Shown: positions 23,947 to 25,078 of the stretch, piece after piece | Layout of the letters: each line of letters starts with the position of its first letter | Position numbering within the stretch: the stretch's first letter is position 1 | The notes under the pieces: generated by a model | Told to the model about the DNA's origin: nothing | Seen by the model: only the letters and a program-made list of their open reading frames with translations | Databases searched by the model: none | IMG/VR virus record: IMGVR_UViG_2671180547_000002 | Length of the DNA: 25,078 nucleotides | Strand: one strand, 5' to 3' | Source: a virus | Lineage: Duplodnaviria > Heunggongvirae > Uroviricota > Caudoviricetes | Position numbers and translations under genes: made by a program

Positions 23947-23963
23947 ACCCGCAAAATGATAAT
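23947..23963. promoter_or_regulatory. Perfect 17-bp palindrome in the cosQ-proximal region
   Basis: ATGATAATAATTATCAT is a perfect palindrome about 30 bp from cosN; the lambda counterpart as I recall it (GTGATAATGATTATCAT) is imperfect. Confidence 0.5.
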
Positions 23964-24119
23964 AATTATCATCTACATGTCACAACGTGCATCTACGCCA
24001 TCAAACCACGTCAAATAATCAATTATGACGCAGGTATCGTATTAATTGATCTGCATCAACTTAACGTAAAAACAACTTCAGACAATACAAATCAGCGACA
24101 CTGAATACAGGGCAACCTC

Positions 24120-24353
24120 ATGTCAACGAAGAACAGAACCCGCAGAACAACAACCCGCAACATCCGCTTTCCTAACCAAATGATTGAACAAATTAACATC
24201 GCTCTTGTTCAAAAAGGGTCCGGGAATTTCTCAGCCTGGGTCATTGAAGCCTGCCGCCGGAGACTGTGCTCAGAAAAAAGAGTTTCGCCTGAAGCAAACA
24301 AAGAAAAGAGTGACATTACTGAATTGCTCAGAAAACAGGTTAGACCAGATTGA
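24120..24353 (+). CDS. Hypothetical small protein with ribbon-helix-helix-like pattern (77 aa)
   Basis: MSTKNRTRRTTTRNIRFPNQMIEQINIALVQKGSGNFSAWVIEACRRRL has a basic N-terminus, a short strand (RNIRFP), helix A, a G-x-S/N turn and helix B; weak Shine-Dalgarno. The DNA here is collinear with the lambda right end. Confidence 0.4.
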   Translation: MSTKNRTRRTTTRNIRFPNQMIEQINIALVQKGSGNFSAWVIEACRRRLCSEKRVSPEANKEKSDITELLRKQVRPD

Positions 24354-24410
24354 AGCAATTTAGATAATCGTGCAGACTACGCCCCCTCATATCACATGGA
24401 AGGTACTACA

Positions 24411-24821
24411 ATGGCTCAGGTTGCCATTTTTAAACAAATATTCGATAAAGTGCGAAATAATTTAAACTATCACTGGTTTTATTCTGAACTAAAACGTCAC
24501 AATGTCTCACATTACATTTACTATTTAGCCACAGAGAATATTCATCTTGTTCTTGAAAACGATAATACGGTTTTAATAAAAGGACAGGGTAAGGTTGTAA
24601 ATGTAAGATTTTCAAAAAATAAATGCCTTATAGAAGCCACCTTAAAAGGATTCAAATCAGGAGAGTTATCATTTTACGAATACAGGAAAAATCTTGCTAC
24701 AGCAGGGGTTTTCAGATGGATTACAAATATCCACGAAAACAAAAGGTATTACTATACCTTTGATAATTCATTACTCTTTACTGAGAACATACAGAACACT
24801 ACACAAATATTTCCGCACTAA
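24411..24821 (+). CDS. ybcV: DUF1398 family protein, YbcV-like (136 aa)
   Basis: [61 protein letters not shown] resembles E. coli DLP12 YbcV as I recall it; GGAAGG lies 7 nt upstream of the ATG at 24411. The track's start at 24396 is probably not used. Confidence 0.7.
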   Translation: MAQVAIFKQIFDKVRNNLNYHWFYSELKRHNVSHYIYYLATENIHLVLENDNTVLIKGQGKVVNVRFSKNKCLIEATLKGFKSGELSFYEYRKNLATAGVFRWITNIHENKRYYYTFDNSLLFTENIQNTTQIFPH

Positions 24822-24829
24822 ATCATAAC

Positions 24830-24858
24830 GTCCGGTTTCTTCCGTGCCAGAACCGGAC
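24830..24858 (+). other. Stem-loop downstream of the ybcV-like gene
   Basis: 8-bp perfect stem GTCCGGTT / AACCGGAC with a 13-nt loop and no U-tract; function unclear. Confidence 0.3.
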
Positions 24859-24866
24859 TCGCTGGC

Positions 24867-25076
24867 ATGATGAAATATGTGTACCCGGTAACCCCGGTGT
24901 GCATCGTTTTTGATTATTCCCGCACACTCGCGCAGAAGGAGTTCCCCGTCGGGCTACGGTCTCTGTTAATACGGGAATACGGCGACGATTGGATTTGCCC
25001 CTATATTTCCAGACATCTGTTATCACTTAACCCATTACAAGCCCGCTGCCGCAGATATTCCCGTGGCGAGCGATAA
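24867..25076 (+). CDS. Hypothetical ORF running to the window edge
   Basis: 69-aa ORF MMKYVYPVTPVCIVFDYSRTLAQKEFPVGLRSLL with no recognisable motif; it overlaps an opposite-strand ORF (24823..25026), so which strand codes is unresolved. Confidence 0.2.
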   Translation: MMKYVYPVTPVCIVFDYSRTLAQKEFPVGLRSLLIREYGDDWICPYISRHLLSLNPLQARCRRYSRGER

Positions 25077-25078
25077 CC

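Noticed and set aside
24823-25026. 67-aa minus-strand ORF overlapping the 24867..25076 plus-strand ORF
   Set aside because: Arg-rich unstructured translation with no motif; the two overlapping ORFs cannot both be supported and neither has clear start signals.

Overview
This window is the virion-morphogenesis (late) region of a lambda-like prophage, lying in reverse orientation: every structural gene is on the minus strand. Reading the minus strand from high to low coordinates, the order is cos, nu1, A, W, B, C (with nested nu3), D, E, FI, FII, Z, U, V, G/G-T, H, M, L, K, I, J, lom remnant, stf, tfa. All identifications rest on reading the translated ORFs against lambda protein and DNA sequences as I recall them; no database search was run. 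Most proteins are near-identical to lambda, but the host-range end is mosaic: the J C-terminal domain is unrelated to lambda's, Stf is a long 1027-aa form with an internal duplication, and lom is a frameshifted remnant next to an N-run. The 12-bp cosN cohesive-end sequence differs from canonical lambda at 5 positions, all in the half next to cosB. Past tfa there is a 650-bp AT-rich non-coding island with a promoter-like site, a small hydrophobic ORF and a clear plus-strand terminator, followed by the terminal 83 bp of an IS1 element at the window edge. To the right of cos, the plus strand carries a small ribbon-helix-helix-like ORF and a YbcV-like (DUF1398) gene. Two N-runs (4657..4707, 6323..6543) are assembly gaps of unknown true length; the second interrupts J out of frame. 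I see no CRISPR array, tRNA/rRNA gene or recognisable defence system; the interesting material is the cos variant, the host-range cassette swaps and the IS1-flanked AT-rich island.
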